From positions 35,636 through 99,635 of the forward strand of contig JAQTXB010000004.1 of assembly GCA_028688995.1 (NCBI GenBank): a DNA stretch of 64,000 bases, written 5' to 3'. Under the pieces are notes generated by a model. That model saw only the letters and a program-made list of their open reading frames with translations. It searched no databases and was not told the DNA's origin. The position numbers and the translations under genes were made by a program. The stretch is from Aliarcobacter sp. (GTDB lineage Bacteria; Campylobacterota; Campylobacteria; Campylobacterales; Arcobacteraceae). Shown here one piece after another: positions 8,306 through 18,299 of this stretch; positions within the stretch are counted from its first letter, which is position 1; each line of letters starts with the position of its first letter.

Positions 8306-9821
8306 AATAGAATTTAACACTACAAATCTATATTTTAAACACATTATTGAAAGTTTAATAACAGAGGCTAAAATAAAAGCCACTTGCAAACAATATAATG
8401 GTTTTATACTAATTATTGTAGATGCTCTTGCTCAAGAGATAGAAGATTTTTTTGCTTTGTTAGAAAGAAAATTACCACTTAGTATTTTTATAGGTAAATC
8501 TTACGTTGTAGAAACTTATGATGAAACTTTAAAAGAAGTAGAAGATTTTGATATAAAACAGAATTTAACAATTCTTACAAATGATGTAATAAAGAATATA
8601 ATAGAAGAGAATCATATAGATTTTTTAAATGATATTGTAAAAATTACAAAAGGTGGAGTTTCAAGATTTGAAACACAAAATGGTTTAAAAGACTATTTTT
8701 TACCAAATAAAAATATTAGAGAAGATTTTGAGAATAAAGGTTTTGAGGTAAAACTATTAATTACTGATATTACAAAAGTAGAAGAAACTTTTGATATAAA
8801 TATGAAAGATTATCAACTACTTTGCTCAATTGAGAGACCTTTAGTAAAATTAAAATTTAAAATATTAAAAAATGCAAATAAAGAGTATTCATCTACAAAT
8901 TTTATTTATGCAAAAATTCCTGATGATAAACAAGTGGTTTTATTTGCAAAAGCTTTAAAAGATAATGGAATAAATCAAGTTTTATATGTTAATGATGAAG
9001 TTTATCAAGATGGATTAAAAATTACATATTTTAAAGAACAAAATCTAATTATTCATGGAGATAAAGGTTTATTTCCAAAATATGATTTTGTAGCAAACAA
9101 AAAATACAACTCTTCAAAAGATTATTTTGATGATAATGGTGGAGTTTTTAAAGCAGTTTTAGCTCAAAATGCAAAAAGATTAGTTACATCAATTGGAGTT
9201 TACTTTTCTCAAAATTCTCACAAAAGTTCAATTGCAGTGAATATCCCAACAAAGGGAATAAAAGATATTATCTCTATTCCAAATATTCACAATAGTATAA
9301 AAAATTGCTTTGAAGAGATTGCAGATATTGATGAACATTGTGCAAGATTAATTGCAAATTATTCTAAAAAATTTCCAACTGTATTAGAAGGTGATGTTCC
9401 ACAAGATACAAATGGTTTTGAGTCAATCATAAATATGTGTGCAAAAGTTTTAGGGGTAAATAGTTCAAAAGAGTTTGAAGATTTAGCTTTAAATGCAAAT
9501 TTAACAAGTGGTATTCAAATTGATATGAAACTTGTAAGTTTAGATGGAGTAAACTATTTGGACTATAGAAGAACGGTTCAATCAATAATGGCATATAAAA
9601 TGGCAGATGTTGATAATATAACTTTGATTTACTCTTTTTATGAAAGTTTGAGTGAATTTATTTGTAACTATGTAAATGAAATAGCAAATGATACAAAAAC
9701 AAATGATATTGTTTTATGTGGAAATATGTTTGCAAATTCAATTTTATTATCTAAAACAAATAAAACGCTTAGTAAAACTTATAATATCATTCTACCTAGA
9801 GAGTATCCTTTAGATTATTAA
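8271..9821 (+). CDS. hydE: HydE-type hydrogenase accessory protein (start may be 8289)
   Basis: Position after hydD as in Campylobacterota hyd operons; C-terminus IVLCGNMFANSILL resembles HypF IVLGGGVFQNRTLL. Confidence 0.75.
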   Translation: MKKILPMQLIYKIEFNTTNLYFKHIIESLITEAKIKATCKQYNGFILIIVDALAQEIEDFFALLERKLPLSIFIGKSYVVETYDETLKEVEDFDIKQNLTILTNDVIKNIIEENHIDFLNDIVKITKGGVSRFETQNGLKDYFLPNKNIREDFENKGFEVKLLITDITKVEETFDINMKDYQLLCSIERPLVKLKFKILKNANKEYSSTNFIYAKIPDDKQVVLFAKALKDNGINQVLYVNDEVYQDGLKITYFKEQNLIIHGDKGLFPKYDFVANKKYNSSKDYFDDNGGVFKAVLAQNAKRLVTSIGVYFSQNSHKSSIAVNIPTKGIKDIISIPNIHNSIKNCFEEIADIDEHCARLIANYSKKFPTVLEGDVPQDTNGFESIINMCAKVLGVNSSKEFEDLALNANLTSGIQIDMKLVSLDGVNYLDYRRTVQSIMAYKMADVDNITLIYSFYESLSEFICNYVNEIANDTKTNDIVLCGNMFANSILLSKTNKTLSKTYNIILPREYPLDY

Positions 9822-9846
9822 GAAATTCTAATTTTAGAATTTCTTA
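9819..9846. terminator. AT-rich inverted repeat after hydE (terminator or operator)
   Basis: TAAGAAATTCTAA-TT-TTAGAATTTCTTA. Confidence 0.4.
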
Positions 9847-9934
9847 ACTTTATGGATAATTTTTATCTTCTAATATTATTTTTTTAGTTTTGTTGTTGTA
9901 GTATTTAGAATAAAATTCAACTAAAGGAATTGTT

Positions 9935-10816
9935 ATGGATACAATTTTTGATAAACAAAATTTGAAAAAAGCATTAATACAACAACAAAATGAAATTAAT
10001 GATCACACTATTTATAAAATTTTAGCATCATATCAAAGTGATGAAAATAATAAAAAGATATTTGAAAAAATCTCAAAAGAGGAAAAATTCCATTATGATT
10101 TTTGGGTAAAAATCACAAAACAAGAGATAAAAGCACAAAGGTTTGTGGTTTTGTGGTTTGTATTTTTAGTGAAAGTTTTTGGAACTTCTTTTGCTTTAAA
10201 ATCTTTGGAAAAAAGAGAAGCAGGCTCTGAGGAGTTTTATAAAGAACTATTTGAAATATATCCAGAAGCTCAAAGAATTTATAAACAAGAAACCGAACAT
10301 GAGTTTGAACTCATAGAAATGTTAAATGATAAAAAGCTTTTATATGCAGGTGCAATTGTACTTGGAATGAATGATGCTTTAGTAGAGTTAACAGGAACTT
10401 TAAGTGGTATTGCTTTAGCTTTTGATAAAAGTTTAGTTGTTGGATTAACAGGTCTTATTATGGGAATAGCAGCTTCATTATCAATGGCTGGTTCTGCGTA
10501 TTTTGAAGCTAAAGAAAATCCTAGTGAAGATATAAAACCTCTTACATATTCTCTTTATACAGGAGTTTCTTATATTTTAACAACTGCACTTTTAGTAGGT
10601 CCTTTTTTTATCTTTGAAACAATGGCATATTCATTAATTATGATGTTTATTTGTGCCTTTATAGCCATTCTTTCATACAACTTTTATATAAGTGTAGCAA
10701 AAGATTTAAACTTTACAACAAGGGTTATTCAAATGTCAGCAATTACTTTTGGTGTGGCTCTAATTTCATTTGGAATAGGTTATGTTGTAAAGTTTTATTT
10801 TGGGATTGAGATATAA
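9935..10816 (+). CDS. VIT1/CCC1 family transporter with N-terminal ferritin/rubrerythrin-like domain
   Basis: EKFHY and ETEHEF ExxH motifs; AIVLGMNDALVE, GLIMGIAASLSMAGSAY VIT1 motifs; several TM helices. Confidence 0.85.
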   Translation: MDTIFDKQNLKKALIQQQNEINDHTIYKILASYQSDENNKKIFEKISKEEKFHYDFWVKITKQEIKAQRFVVLWFVFLVKVFGTSFALKSLEKREAGSEEFYKELFEIYPEAQRIYKQETEHEFELIEMLNDKKLLYAGAIVLGMNDALVELTGTLSGIALAFDKSLVVGLTGLIMGIAASLSMAGSAYFEAKENPSEDIKPLTYSLYTGVSYILTTALLVGPFFIFETMAYSLIMMFICAFIAILSYNFYISVAKDLNFTTRVIQMSAITFGVALISFGIGYVVKFYFGIEI

Positions 10817-10883
10817 ATATCTTTACTAAAGGAATAATCTTTTATAATCCAAAGCAAATATATTTATTATTCTGGAAGTTTTT

Positions 10884-13127
10884 ATGAAATCATTTTTTAT
10901 TCAAGTAAAAGGCGTTGTTCAAGGTGTTGGATTTCGTCCTTTTATTTATAATCTAGCTTTAAAATATAACATAAATGGTTGGGTTAACAATGATGATAAA
11001 GGGGTGAATATTTTAATTTATTCATCTTTAAAAAACTGCCAAAATTTTTTAGAAGAACTTCAAGAAAATCCTCCAAAACTATCTTCAATAACTGACATAA
11101 AAATAGAAGAAATAATTTCTAAAGAAGAGTATAAAACCTTTGAAATAAAGCAGAGTCAAACTTCAAATAATAAATCTACAATTATCTCACCAGATGTGGG
11201 AATTTGTGATGATTGCATCAAAGATATTAATGATATGTCTAACTTTAGATACAATTATAGTTTAACAAATTGTACAAATTGTGGTCCACGGTATTCAATA
11301 ATAAAAACTGTTCCTTATGATAGAGTAAATACTTCAATGGCATCTTTTGAATTGTGTGAAGATTGTAAAAATGAGTATGAAAATCCAACAAATAGAAGAT
11401 ACCATGCACAACCAGTTGCATGCGAAAAATGTGGTCCAAATGTAACTTTGTATAACAAAAATGATGAGATTTTATCAGTAGGTATAAAAGCCATAGAAGA
11501 AGTAGCAGAATTGATTAATGAAGGTAGTATTGTAGCTATTAAAGGAATAGGTGGTTTTCATCTTATTTGCGATGCTAAAAATAGTAAAACCATAGAAGAG
11601 CTTAGAATTAAAAAGAATCGATTAAATAAGCCTTTTGCAGTTATGTTTAAAGATATAAAGGATATTAAAAATTATACAAACTTAACATTAAAAGAAGAAG
11701 AAATTTTAACTTCAAGAAATAAGCCTATTGTTCTTGTAAAAAAAAGAGAAGATTTTAAATTATCACAACTAATAGCACCAGATATTAATCATCTTGGATG
11801 CTTTATAGCTTATACACCTTTACATTACTTGCTTTTTAGATATTTGAATAATCCAATAGTTGCAACAAGTGCAAATCTAAAGGGTGAGCCAATTATTATC
11901 TCTAAGGATGAAATTCTTGGAAAACTATCAAATATAGTTGAGTTTGTTTTAGATTATAATAGAGATATTTTAAATGCAAGTGATGATTCAGTTATACAGA
12001 TTGTTAAAAATGATATTACAAAGATTAGAAATGCAAGAGGTTATGCCCCAACGGCTTTAAATTATGAAAATAAAAGTAATAAAAAGATACTTTCCCTTGG
12101 AGCTAATCAAAAATCTACTATTACTATTTATTTTGAAAATAATTTAATTTTATCTCCATATATATCAGAGTTAAACTCTTTAAAATCAATGGAATATTTT
12201 GAGAGAACTATAAATAGTTTTAAGAGATTTTATGACTTTGAACCTGATGTTATAGTTTGTGATAAACATCCAAATTATGAATCGACAAAATTTGCTTTAA
12301 AACTAAAAGAGATAAATCCAAATATAGAGTTAATTCAAATGCAACACCATTATGCTCATATTTTATCAGTGATGGCTGAGTATAAGTTAGACAAAGAGGT
12401 ATTAGCTTTTATTTTTGATGGAACTGGATATGGTGATGATGGAAATATTTGGGGTGGAGAGGTTTTTATAGCTTCAAAAAAAGAGTACAAAAGGGTTAAT
12501 CATTTTAAATATTTTAGACTTTTAGGTGGCGAAAAAGCAGTTCTTGAGCCCAAAAGAGTAGCTTTGAGTCTACTATTTGATACTTTCTCCCTTGATGAGA
12601 TTTTAACTCTTGAAATACCATGTGTAAAAGCTTTTAAAGAGAGTGAAATAAAAATGCTTCATACAATGTGGCAAAAAGGTTTAAATTCACCATTTACAAG
12701 CTCTGTAGGGCGTTTATTTGATGCTCTTGCATCATTTGCTGATATTTTGCATATTCAAAGCTATGAGGGCGAAACAGGCTTAAAAATAGAGCAAAACTAT
12801 GACAAAATTATCACTCAAAGTTACTCTTATGAAATAATCGAAAATCAAATTGATATATCACCTATGATAAAAGAGATAGTTTTAGAAAAAGATAAAAAAC
12901 AAATTTGCTCAAAATTTATAAATACTTTAGTTCAAATTATTTTAGATATTTCAAATATTCATAAAGATTTGCCAATAGTTTTAGGTGGTGGAGTTTTTCA
13001 AAATAGAACACTTCTTGAAATTTTAATTGACAAATTTCAAGAGCAGGGTAGGGAATTTTACTTTAATAAAACTATTCCATTAAATGATGGTGGAATAAGT
13101 GTAGGGCAAATTTATCACCAAATCTAA
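10884..13127 (+). CDS. hypF: Carbamoyltransferase HypF
   Basis: GVVQGVGFRPF acylphosphatase domain; CTNCGPRYS and CEKCGP Zn fingers; DKHPNY, QHHYAH, DGTGYGDDG, LNDGGISVGQ. Confidence 0.97.
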   Translation: MKSFFIQVKGVVQGVGFRPFIYNLALKYNINGWVNNDDKGVNILIYSSLKNCQNFLEELQENPPKLSSITDIKIEEIISKEEYKTFEIKQSQTSNNKSTIISPDVGICDDCIKDINDMSNFRYNYSLTNCTNCGPRYSIIKTVPYDRVNTSMASFELCEDCKNEYENPTNRRYHAQPVACEKCGPNVTLYNKNDEILSVGIKAIEEVAELINEGSIVAIKGIGGFHLICDAKNSKTIEELRIKKNRLNKPFAVMFKDIKDIKNYTNLTLKEEEILTSRNKPIVLVKKREDFKLSQLIAPDINHLGCFIAYTPLHYLLFRYLNNPIVATSANLKGEPIIISKDEILGKLSNIVEFVLDYNRDILNASDDSVIQIVKNDITKIRNARGYAPTALNYENKSNKKILSLGANQKSTITIYFENNLILSPYISELNSLKSMEYFERTINSFKRFYDFEPDVIVCDKHPNYESTKFALKLKEINPNIELIQMQHHYAHILSVMAEYKLDKEVLAFIFDGTGYGDDGNIWGGEVFIASKKEYKRVNHFKYFRLLGGEKAVLEPKRVALSLLFDTFSLDEILTLEIPCVKAFKESEIKMLHTMWQKGLNSPFTSSVGRLFDALASFADILHIQSYEGETGLKIEQNYDKIITQSYSYEIIENQIDISPMIKEIVLEKDKKQICSKFINTLVQIILDISNIHKDLPIVLGGGVFQNRTLLEILIDKFQEQGREFYFNKTIPLNDGGISVGQIYHQI

Positions 13128-13445
13128 AATTTCCAATAAATCATAATTAAACAGAGTTTTTCTTAATTATATATCTTATACAAAATATATCTAATAATAG
13201 TATATAAATATTATTCAAAATGTTATAAAAATATTAATGTAAGCCTTAAGCATTGCATCTTTTAGAAAAAATAATTTTTTAAAAAAATACAATTAAAATA
13301 TAGCAATATAAAAGTTTAAAATAATCAACTATAATTATACAATATCATAAATATATAATTATATTAAATATTATACAAATAAATTTAGAATTATTCATAT
13401 GAATATTAATATGTTAAAATTCAAATAAAAAATTAGGAATAATTT

Positions 13446-13862
13446 ATGATAAAAACAACCGCACTAATATCAGATGATAATGGATATAAAAAATATAATC
13501 TTTTTGAAATAGCAGAAAATCTTGAATCTATAATTGCAGATGATTATTTAACTTACTCTTCAAAAGATTTCAAAAAAGCTGCCTATTGTGAACTAATGTA
13601 CAAGAAAAATTTTTATGATAAATATGATGAAATAACTTACAAAGAAGTATATGATAGATATATCAATAATGAAAAATTTAAAGAGAAAGCAAAATTTATT
13701 TATAGTGTAATCGATTATGATAAGTATGTAAAATTTGTTGAACTTAATGAGATAATAGAAAATCCAAATGAATTAACTATCTCTTATAGTGTGGTTGATA
13801 GTGATGGTGTAAAAGTTGAGATTTATAATATTGGAATTACTGAGATTGCATTTGTATTTTAG
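13446..13862 (+). CDS. Hypothetical protein (138 aa)
   Basis: SD AGGA upstream; terminator downstream; no motif recognised. Confidence 0.7.
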   Translation: MIKTTALISDDNGYKKYNLFEIAENLESIIADDYLTYSSKDFKKAAYCELMYKKNFYDKYDEITYKEVYDRYINNEKFKEKAKFIYSVIDYDKYVKFVELNEIIENPNELTISYSVVDSDGVKVEIYNIGITEIAFVF

Positions 13863-13869
13863 AAAATAA

Positions 13870-13897
13870 AAAAGGAGATTTTTAAAAATCTCCTTTT
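13870..13897. terminator. Bidirectional terminator between convergent genes
   Basis: Perfect palindrome AAAAGGAGATTTTT-AAAAATCTCCTTTT. Confidence 0.75.
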
Positions 13898-13928
13898 AAA
13901 AGTTTTAACAAAAAAGAGTGAAAATATT

Positions 13929-14387
13929 TTATTTTTCTTCTTTTTCCTCTTTCTCATCACCTTCTTCTTTTCCAAAAGTTTTTTCTAAACCAGTAATTAA
14001 TTCTTGAGTTTGCTCTTGTGTTAACCTAGCTTCTGGATGAGTTGGTAAATAGAACCATAGTGGCATATCTCCACCTTTTAACTCTTTAGCTGCTTCGTCA
14101 CCTTTATTTTTTTTCTGTGCTCCCCATGCTGAAACATTGAAATGTTCTCTACCTTCTTCAACATCATTTGCAACAAGCCATGAAACTGGAGCAATTTTAC
14201 TATACCAAGGGTAAGTTGTTTGATTTGAATGGCAATTTGCACAGGCATTGTTAAAAAGTTCTTTTGTTCGTGGTGAATCCCAAGTTGGTTCACTGATAAT
14301 TGGTGGGTTTGTATATGTTTTTCCATAAGGAATAAACTGTATTGCAACAGCAACAACTACAGCACCAATAACTACTTTTCCTATCAT
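13929..14387 (-). CDS. Exported monohaem c-type haem-binding domain protein
   Basis: N-terminal hydrophobic signal/anchor; CANCH; [12 protein letters not shown] and EGREHFN motifs; distal MP. Confidence 0.85.
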   Translation of the reverse strand: MIGKVVIGAVVVAVAIQFIPYGKTYTNPPIISEPTWDSPRTKELFNNACANCHSNQTTYPWYSKIAPVSWLVANDVEEGREHFNVSAWGAQKKNKGDEAAKELKGGDMPLWFYLPTHPEARLTQEQTQELITGLEKTFGKEEGDEKEEKEEK

Positions 14388-14430
14388 TGTTAACTCCTAA
14401 AATTTTATAGTGTGAATTATATATGAAATA

Positions 14431-14449
14431 TGTCAAGTGAGTATTGACA
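14431..14449. promoter_or_regulatory. Inverted repeat in the divergent haem-protein/FdhF-like intergenic region
   Basis: TGTCAA-N7-TTGACA. Confidence 0.35.
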
Positions 14450-14543
14450 ATTTCTATATCTTTAAGTTAATTTTTTCTTTTGATTTTACATAAAGCTAAT
14501 TTTGCTAAAATCTTATAATTAAATATAACAGTGGAGATTAATT

Positions 14544-16625
14544 ATGCATGGTTCTGATATAAATTCTGTTTGTACTTATTGTGGTACAGGATGTGATATT
14601 ACTGCGCAAGTTGAAGATAATAAAATAGTAAAGATTTACGCTCAAAATGATGGATATGTATCTCAGGGTAAACTTTGTATTAAAGGTGCACAAGGATTTG
14701 ATTTTGTTGCATCAGAGCAAAGAATTAGAAATGCAAGGGTAAAAAAAGCTTTTATTGAAAAAAATATAGATGAATTACCAAGAGAGTTAAAAGCTAGGGT
14801 AAAAACATTAAAATCATTTGATGATAACTATTATGAAGCTCCTTATGAATTTACAACTTCATTAGCTGCTTGGAAACTAATGGACATAAAAGAAAAATAT
14901 GGAAGACATGCTTTTTGTGGAATGGGAGGAGCTAGAACTTCATGTGAAAGTGCTTATGTTTTTCAAAAATTTGTAAGAGATGCTATGAATTCTCCCCATG
15001 TTGATAACTGTGCAAGGGTTTGTCATTCATCATCACTAAAAGGTATGAGAACAACAATTGGTGAGGGAGCTGCAACTAATCCTTTTGATGATATTTATCA
15101 AACTGAAAATATCATAGTAATGGGTTCAAATACAACTGAAGCTCATCCAATCGTTGCAAATAGGATTATCAAAGCGGTTAGGGACAAAACTGCAACTTTA
15201 TCAGTTCTTGATGTAAGACAAACACAACTTGCAAAATTTGGTGAACAGTTAGTAATTCCATATGAAGCAAATCTTTTAGTTTTAAATATGATGGCTTATG
15301 TAATTTTAAAAGAAGAACTTTATAACACAGAATTTATAGAAGCAAGATGTACAGGTTTTGAAGAGTTTAAAGAATCAATTTTAAATGACCCTTATGCAAA
15401 TCCTGAATTTATGCAAAATGTAAAAGGTTATGAGTATCTAACTGAACAAATTCCAACAGTTGCAAGACTTTATGCCACAAAAAAATCTATGTTTTTTTGG
15501 GGACTTGGAATCACAGAACATCTTGATGGAAGTTACGCTGTTATGGCAATTACACATCTTGCAATGTTAACAGGAAATATTGGAAAAACAGGATGTGGAC
15601 TTATGCCACTTCGAGGTCAAAATAATGTTCAAGGAGCTTGTGATACAGGATGTTTACCATATTATGGACCTGATTATTCTGTTCCTGAAGAGATTGGTTT
15701 AATGACTCCTCAATTAATTGATGAGATGATTGCAGGACGTGTAAAAGCTATGTATGTAATGGGTGAAGATATTGCTCATATTCATCCAAATCAAAATAAA
15801 GTTCATAAAGGTTTAGCAAATTTAGAATTAATCATTTCAAATGAGTTATTTATGAATGAGATTACTAAAATGGCAGATATTATCTTTGGTGTAAAATCAG
15901 CTTATGAAAAAACTGGAGTTTATGTAAATGCTATGAGAAGATTACATCTTTCTCAACCTTTAGTTGATATAGATTTACCAGATGATTGGGAAGTATTAAG
16001 AGATATTGAAAATAAAATCAATGGTGAATTTGAATTCAAAGATAGTGAAGATGTTTGGAATGAAGCAAAAGAGGCTGTTGGTTCAAGATTCTCAGGAGCA
16101 ACATATCACAAACTTTCAAAAAATAGAAATAGAGGAATGCTTTGGCCAATTAAAAAAGAGGATACTCCTATTTTACACGTTGAAGATTTTAGAACGCAAG
16201 ATGGAAAAGGAACTTTCGCTTATCATCAATATCAATTAAGAGAGCAAGTAAAAAAATTAGTAAATAATGAAGAGTTTGCTTCAAATGAGTTCTATTTAAC
16301 AACAGGAAGAACTATTGTTCAGTATAACAATGCAGCTCAAACGAAAATTAGTGATGCTTTAAATTCAAGATATGATAAAGATGTAGTTTTAGCTTCTATT
16401 GAAGATAAAGATAGAATTGGCTCTGACCATATTATTATGAGAACTCAATATGGAGAAACAGCAGTTTTACCAGTGAAGTTTGTAAAAACAATAAAACAAG
16501 GAACTCTATTTACAACATTCCATCATGCAACATCAAAAATTAACTATATCTTTGGTGATGAAGCAGATGAATTAATCATGACAGCGAAATTTAAATCAAT
16601 TAGAGTAGAGATAGAATCAGTTTAA
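14544..16625 (+). CDS. Cytoplasmic FdhF-like molybdopterin oxidoreductase (Cys at the active site, no Tat signal)
   Basis: CTYCGTGC...LC [4Fe-4S] motif; VDNCARVCH; GSNTTEAHP; LRGQNNVQG; LTTGR. Confidence 0.88.
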   Translation: MHGSDINSVCTYCGTGCDITAQVEDNKIVKIYAQNDGYVSQGKLCIKGAQGFDFVASEQRIRNARVKKAFIEKNIDELPRELKARVKTLKSFDDNYYEAPYEFTTSLAAWKLMDIKEKYGRHAFCGMGGARTSCESAYVFQKFVRDAMNSPHVDNCARVCHSSSLKGMRTTIGEGAATNPFDDIYQTENIIVMGSNTTEAHPIVANRIIKAVRDKTATLSVLDVRQTQLAKFGEQLVIPYEANLLVLNMMAYVILKEELYNTEFIEARCTGFEEFKESILNDPYANPEFMQNVKGYEYLTEQIPTVARLYATKKSMFFWGLGITEHLDGSYAVMAITHLAMLTGNIGKTGCGLMPLRGQNNVQGACDTGCLPYYGPDYSVPEEIGLMTPQLIDEMIAGRVKAMYVMGEDIAHIHPNQNKVHKGLANLELIISNELFMNEITKMADIIFGVKSAYEKTGVYVNAMRRLHLSQPLVDIDLPDDWEVLRDIENKINGEFEFKDSEDVWNEAKEAVGSRFSGATYHKLSKNRNRGMLWPIKKEDTPILHVEDFRTQDGKGTFAYHQYQLREQVKKLVNNEEFASNEFYLTTGRTIVQYNNAAQTKISDALNSRYDKDVVLASIEDKDRIGSDHIIMRTQYGETAVLPVKFVKTIKQGTLFTTFHHATSKINYIFGDEADELIMTAKFKSIRVEIESV

Positions 16626-16691
16626 AACTGTATAAAAAAAATCTATGAAATTAAAAAATAAATAGTTATAATTATTAAAAAAAGGATAAAA

Positions 16692-17045
16692 ATGAATAAA
16701 TATTGTAATAACTCAGATGTTTATGAATCAAACTGTATTCCAAAAACTGTAAATGCATCAATTGCTGTTTTAACACCAAAAGAAGATAAAGATTTTATTG
16801 TTAGAAAAGTGACTCTAGCAATTGATGGTTCTATGCCAAATCACATAAATGAAATTCAACATCAACAATATGTTTTAAAAGGTGAGGCAAAAGTAATAGT
16901 GGGAGATGAAGAGTATCATGCTAAAGTTGGAGATTTTATCTATATTCCAGCTGGTGTTGCTCACAAATATGATGCATGTTATGGTAGTGAGTATGAGTTT
17001 TTATGTATGATAACTACACAAGAAGACAAAATTACTATGTTATAA
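16692..17045 (+). CDS. Cupin domain protein
   Basis: MPNHINEIQHQQYVLKG and GDFIYIPAGVAH cupin motifs; SD AAGGA. Confidence 0.85.
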   Translation: MNKYCNNSDVYESNCIPKTVNASIAVLTPKEDKDFIVRKVTLAIDGSMPNHINEIQHQQYVLKGEAKVIVGDEEYHAKVGDFIYIPAGVAHKYDACYGSEYEFLCMITTQEDKITML

Positions 17046-17047
17046 AA

Positions 17048-17077
17048 AAAACCTTGAGAATAAACTCTCAAGGTTTT
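17048..17077. terminator. Bidirectional terminator
   Basis: AAAACCTTGAGA-ATAAAC-TCTCAAGGTTTT between convergent genes. Confidence 0.75.
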
Positions 17078-17498
17078 AAATAAATTCATTTACTAAATTT
17101 GATAATCTTAATGGATCTAAAGCTCCACTTACTCTTTTTACTTCAACACCATTTTTATAAACAATCAAAGTTGGAATCGACATAATGTGATATTTACTAC
17201 CTAAAGTTTGTTCAAGCTCTGTGTCAACTTTTGCAAAAACTGCTTTTAGTGGATATTTTTTTGCACTTTCATTAAATATTGGTGCAAACATTTTACAAGG
17301 TCCACACCAAGGTGCCCAAAAATCTACAATCACAGGAATCTCACTGTTTACAATAATTTCATCAAAGTTTGCACTTGTTAGATTTATAGGTTTGTTATCT
17401 AAAAGTGACTCTTTACATTTTCCACAATTTGCTTTTAAATAAGAATCTTTTTTAGGTACATTGTTTATACTCAAACAACTAGGACAAATTACTCTCAT
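17076..17498 (-). CDS. trxC: Thioredoxin 2 with N-terminal Zn finger
   Basis: CPSC...CGKC Zn finger plus DFWAPWCGPC. Confidence 0.93.
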   Translation of the reverse strand: MRVICPSCLSINNVPKKDSYLKANCGKCKESLLDNKPINLTSANFDEIIVNSEIPVIVDFWAPWCGPCKMFAPIFNESAKKYPLKAVFAKVDTELEQTLGSKYHIMSIPTLIVYKNGVEVKRVSGALDPLRLSNLVNEFI

Positions 17499-17540
17499 AT
17501 AATCACCTCTTTAAATTTTATTTTATTATATCATTCTATT

Positions 17541-17936
17541 TTATAGATTACAAAGTGCTGTAAGATATGCTTGTTCTTGATATTTATTTAATTCTTTTGG
17601 AAATTGAATTTGATTTTTCTTTTCAAAGCTACTAACAGTTTGAGTTGATATTAATTCAACCAAGCAAAGTGGATTTAGTTGGATTAAGCCTTCCATTTTG
17701 AAAGTAACTGCACCACCTGAAAAGTTGCCTTTTTTTGCTCGTTTTTTTATGAAGATTTTTTCAATCTCATTTTTTTGTAAGAAGTCTAAAAACTCATTAC
17801 AAAATTTTCTAATATCTTCTTGTTTTTCATCATCTTCAAGTATTATTTTTTTGATTTTAGTATCTATATATTCATTGTTTTTTAATACAACTAAAAGAGC
17901 ATTATTAGCTTTTAATTCAATTCCACAAATATTCAT
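17541..17936 (-). CDS. DUF3010 family protein (start at MNICG)
   Basis: ICGIELKANNA; GNFSGGAVTFKMEGLIQL; SD AAGGA before ATG 17936. Confidence 0.75.
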   Translation of the reverse strand: MNICGIELKANNALLVVLKNNEYIDTKIKKIILEDDEKQEDIRKFCNEFLDFLQKNEIEKIFIKKRAKKGNFSGGAVTFKMEGLIQLNPLCLVELISTQTVSSFEKKNQIQFPKELNKYQEQAYLTALCNL

Positions 17937-18029
17937 TTTATTCCTTGATTTTTTAATCTTTTTAAATATAAATGAATTATAGTGGACTATTTTATTTTGA
18001 ATTAATTTTATTGCAAATTGCAATAAAAA

Positions 18030-18287
18030 TTAAAACTCTTCCCCATCTTCATCATCTGTATCACAACAGTAAATACATTTTTCATCAAAAAATGAGTATT
18101 CATCATAACAATAAAATTTGTGGCAACTTTCACATTTAAAGCAGTCATGTTCTTTTGATAATATTTGCTCTAATTTTTCTTCACTAATTTTATGAGTTTT
18201 TGCATACTCTTCAAAAAGAGCTATTACATGTTCATTTTCGTCGTTTTTTAACTCTTTTGCTAAATCTTCTAAATTATCAATATCCAT
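18030..18287 (-). CDS. Small acidic Cys-rich hypothetical protein
   Basis: SD AAGGA; C-terminal CFKCESC...C...CIYCC. Confidence 0.65.
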   Translation of the reverse strand: MDIDNLEDLAKELKNDENEHVIALFEEYAKTHKISEEKLEQILSKEHDCFKCESCHKFYCYDEYSFFDEKCIYCCDTDDEDGEEF

Positions 18288-18299
18288 ATTTTTATCCTT

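Noticed and set aside
13128-13445. Very AT-rich 318-bp intergenic region with ATTCATATGAAT and ATTATTCA half-sites
   Set aside because: Matches are only 10-11/14 in nearly pure AT sequence; no convincing ORF, structured RNA or origin-like repeats
14544-16625. Selenocysteine recoding in the FdhF-like enzyme or the hydrogenases
   Set aside because: The active-site codon is TGT (Cys) and the frames have no internal TGA
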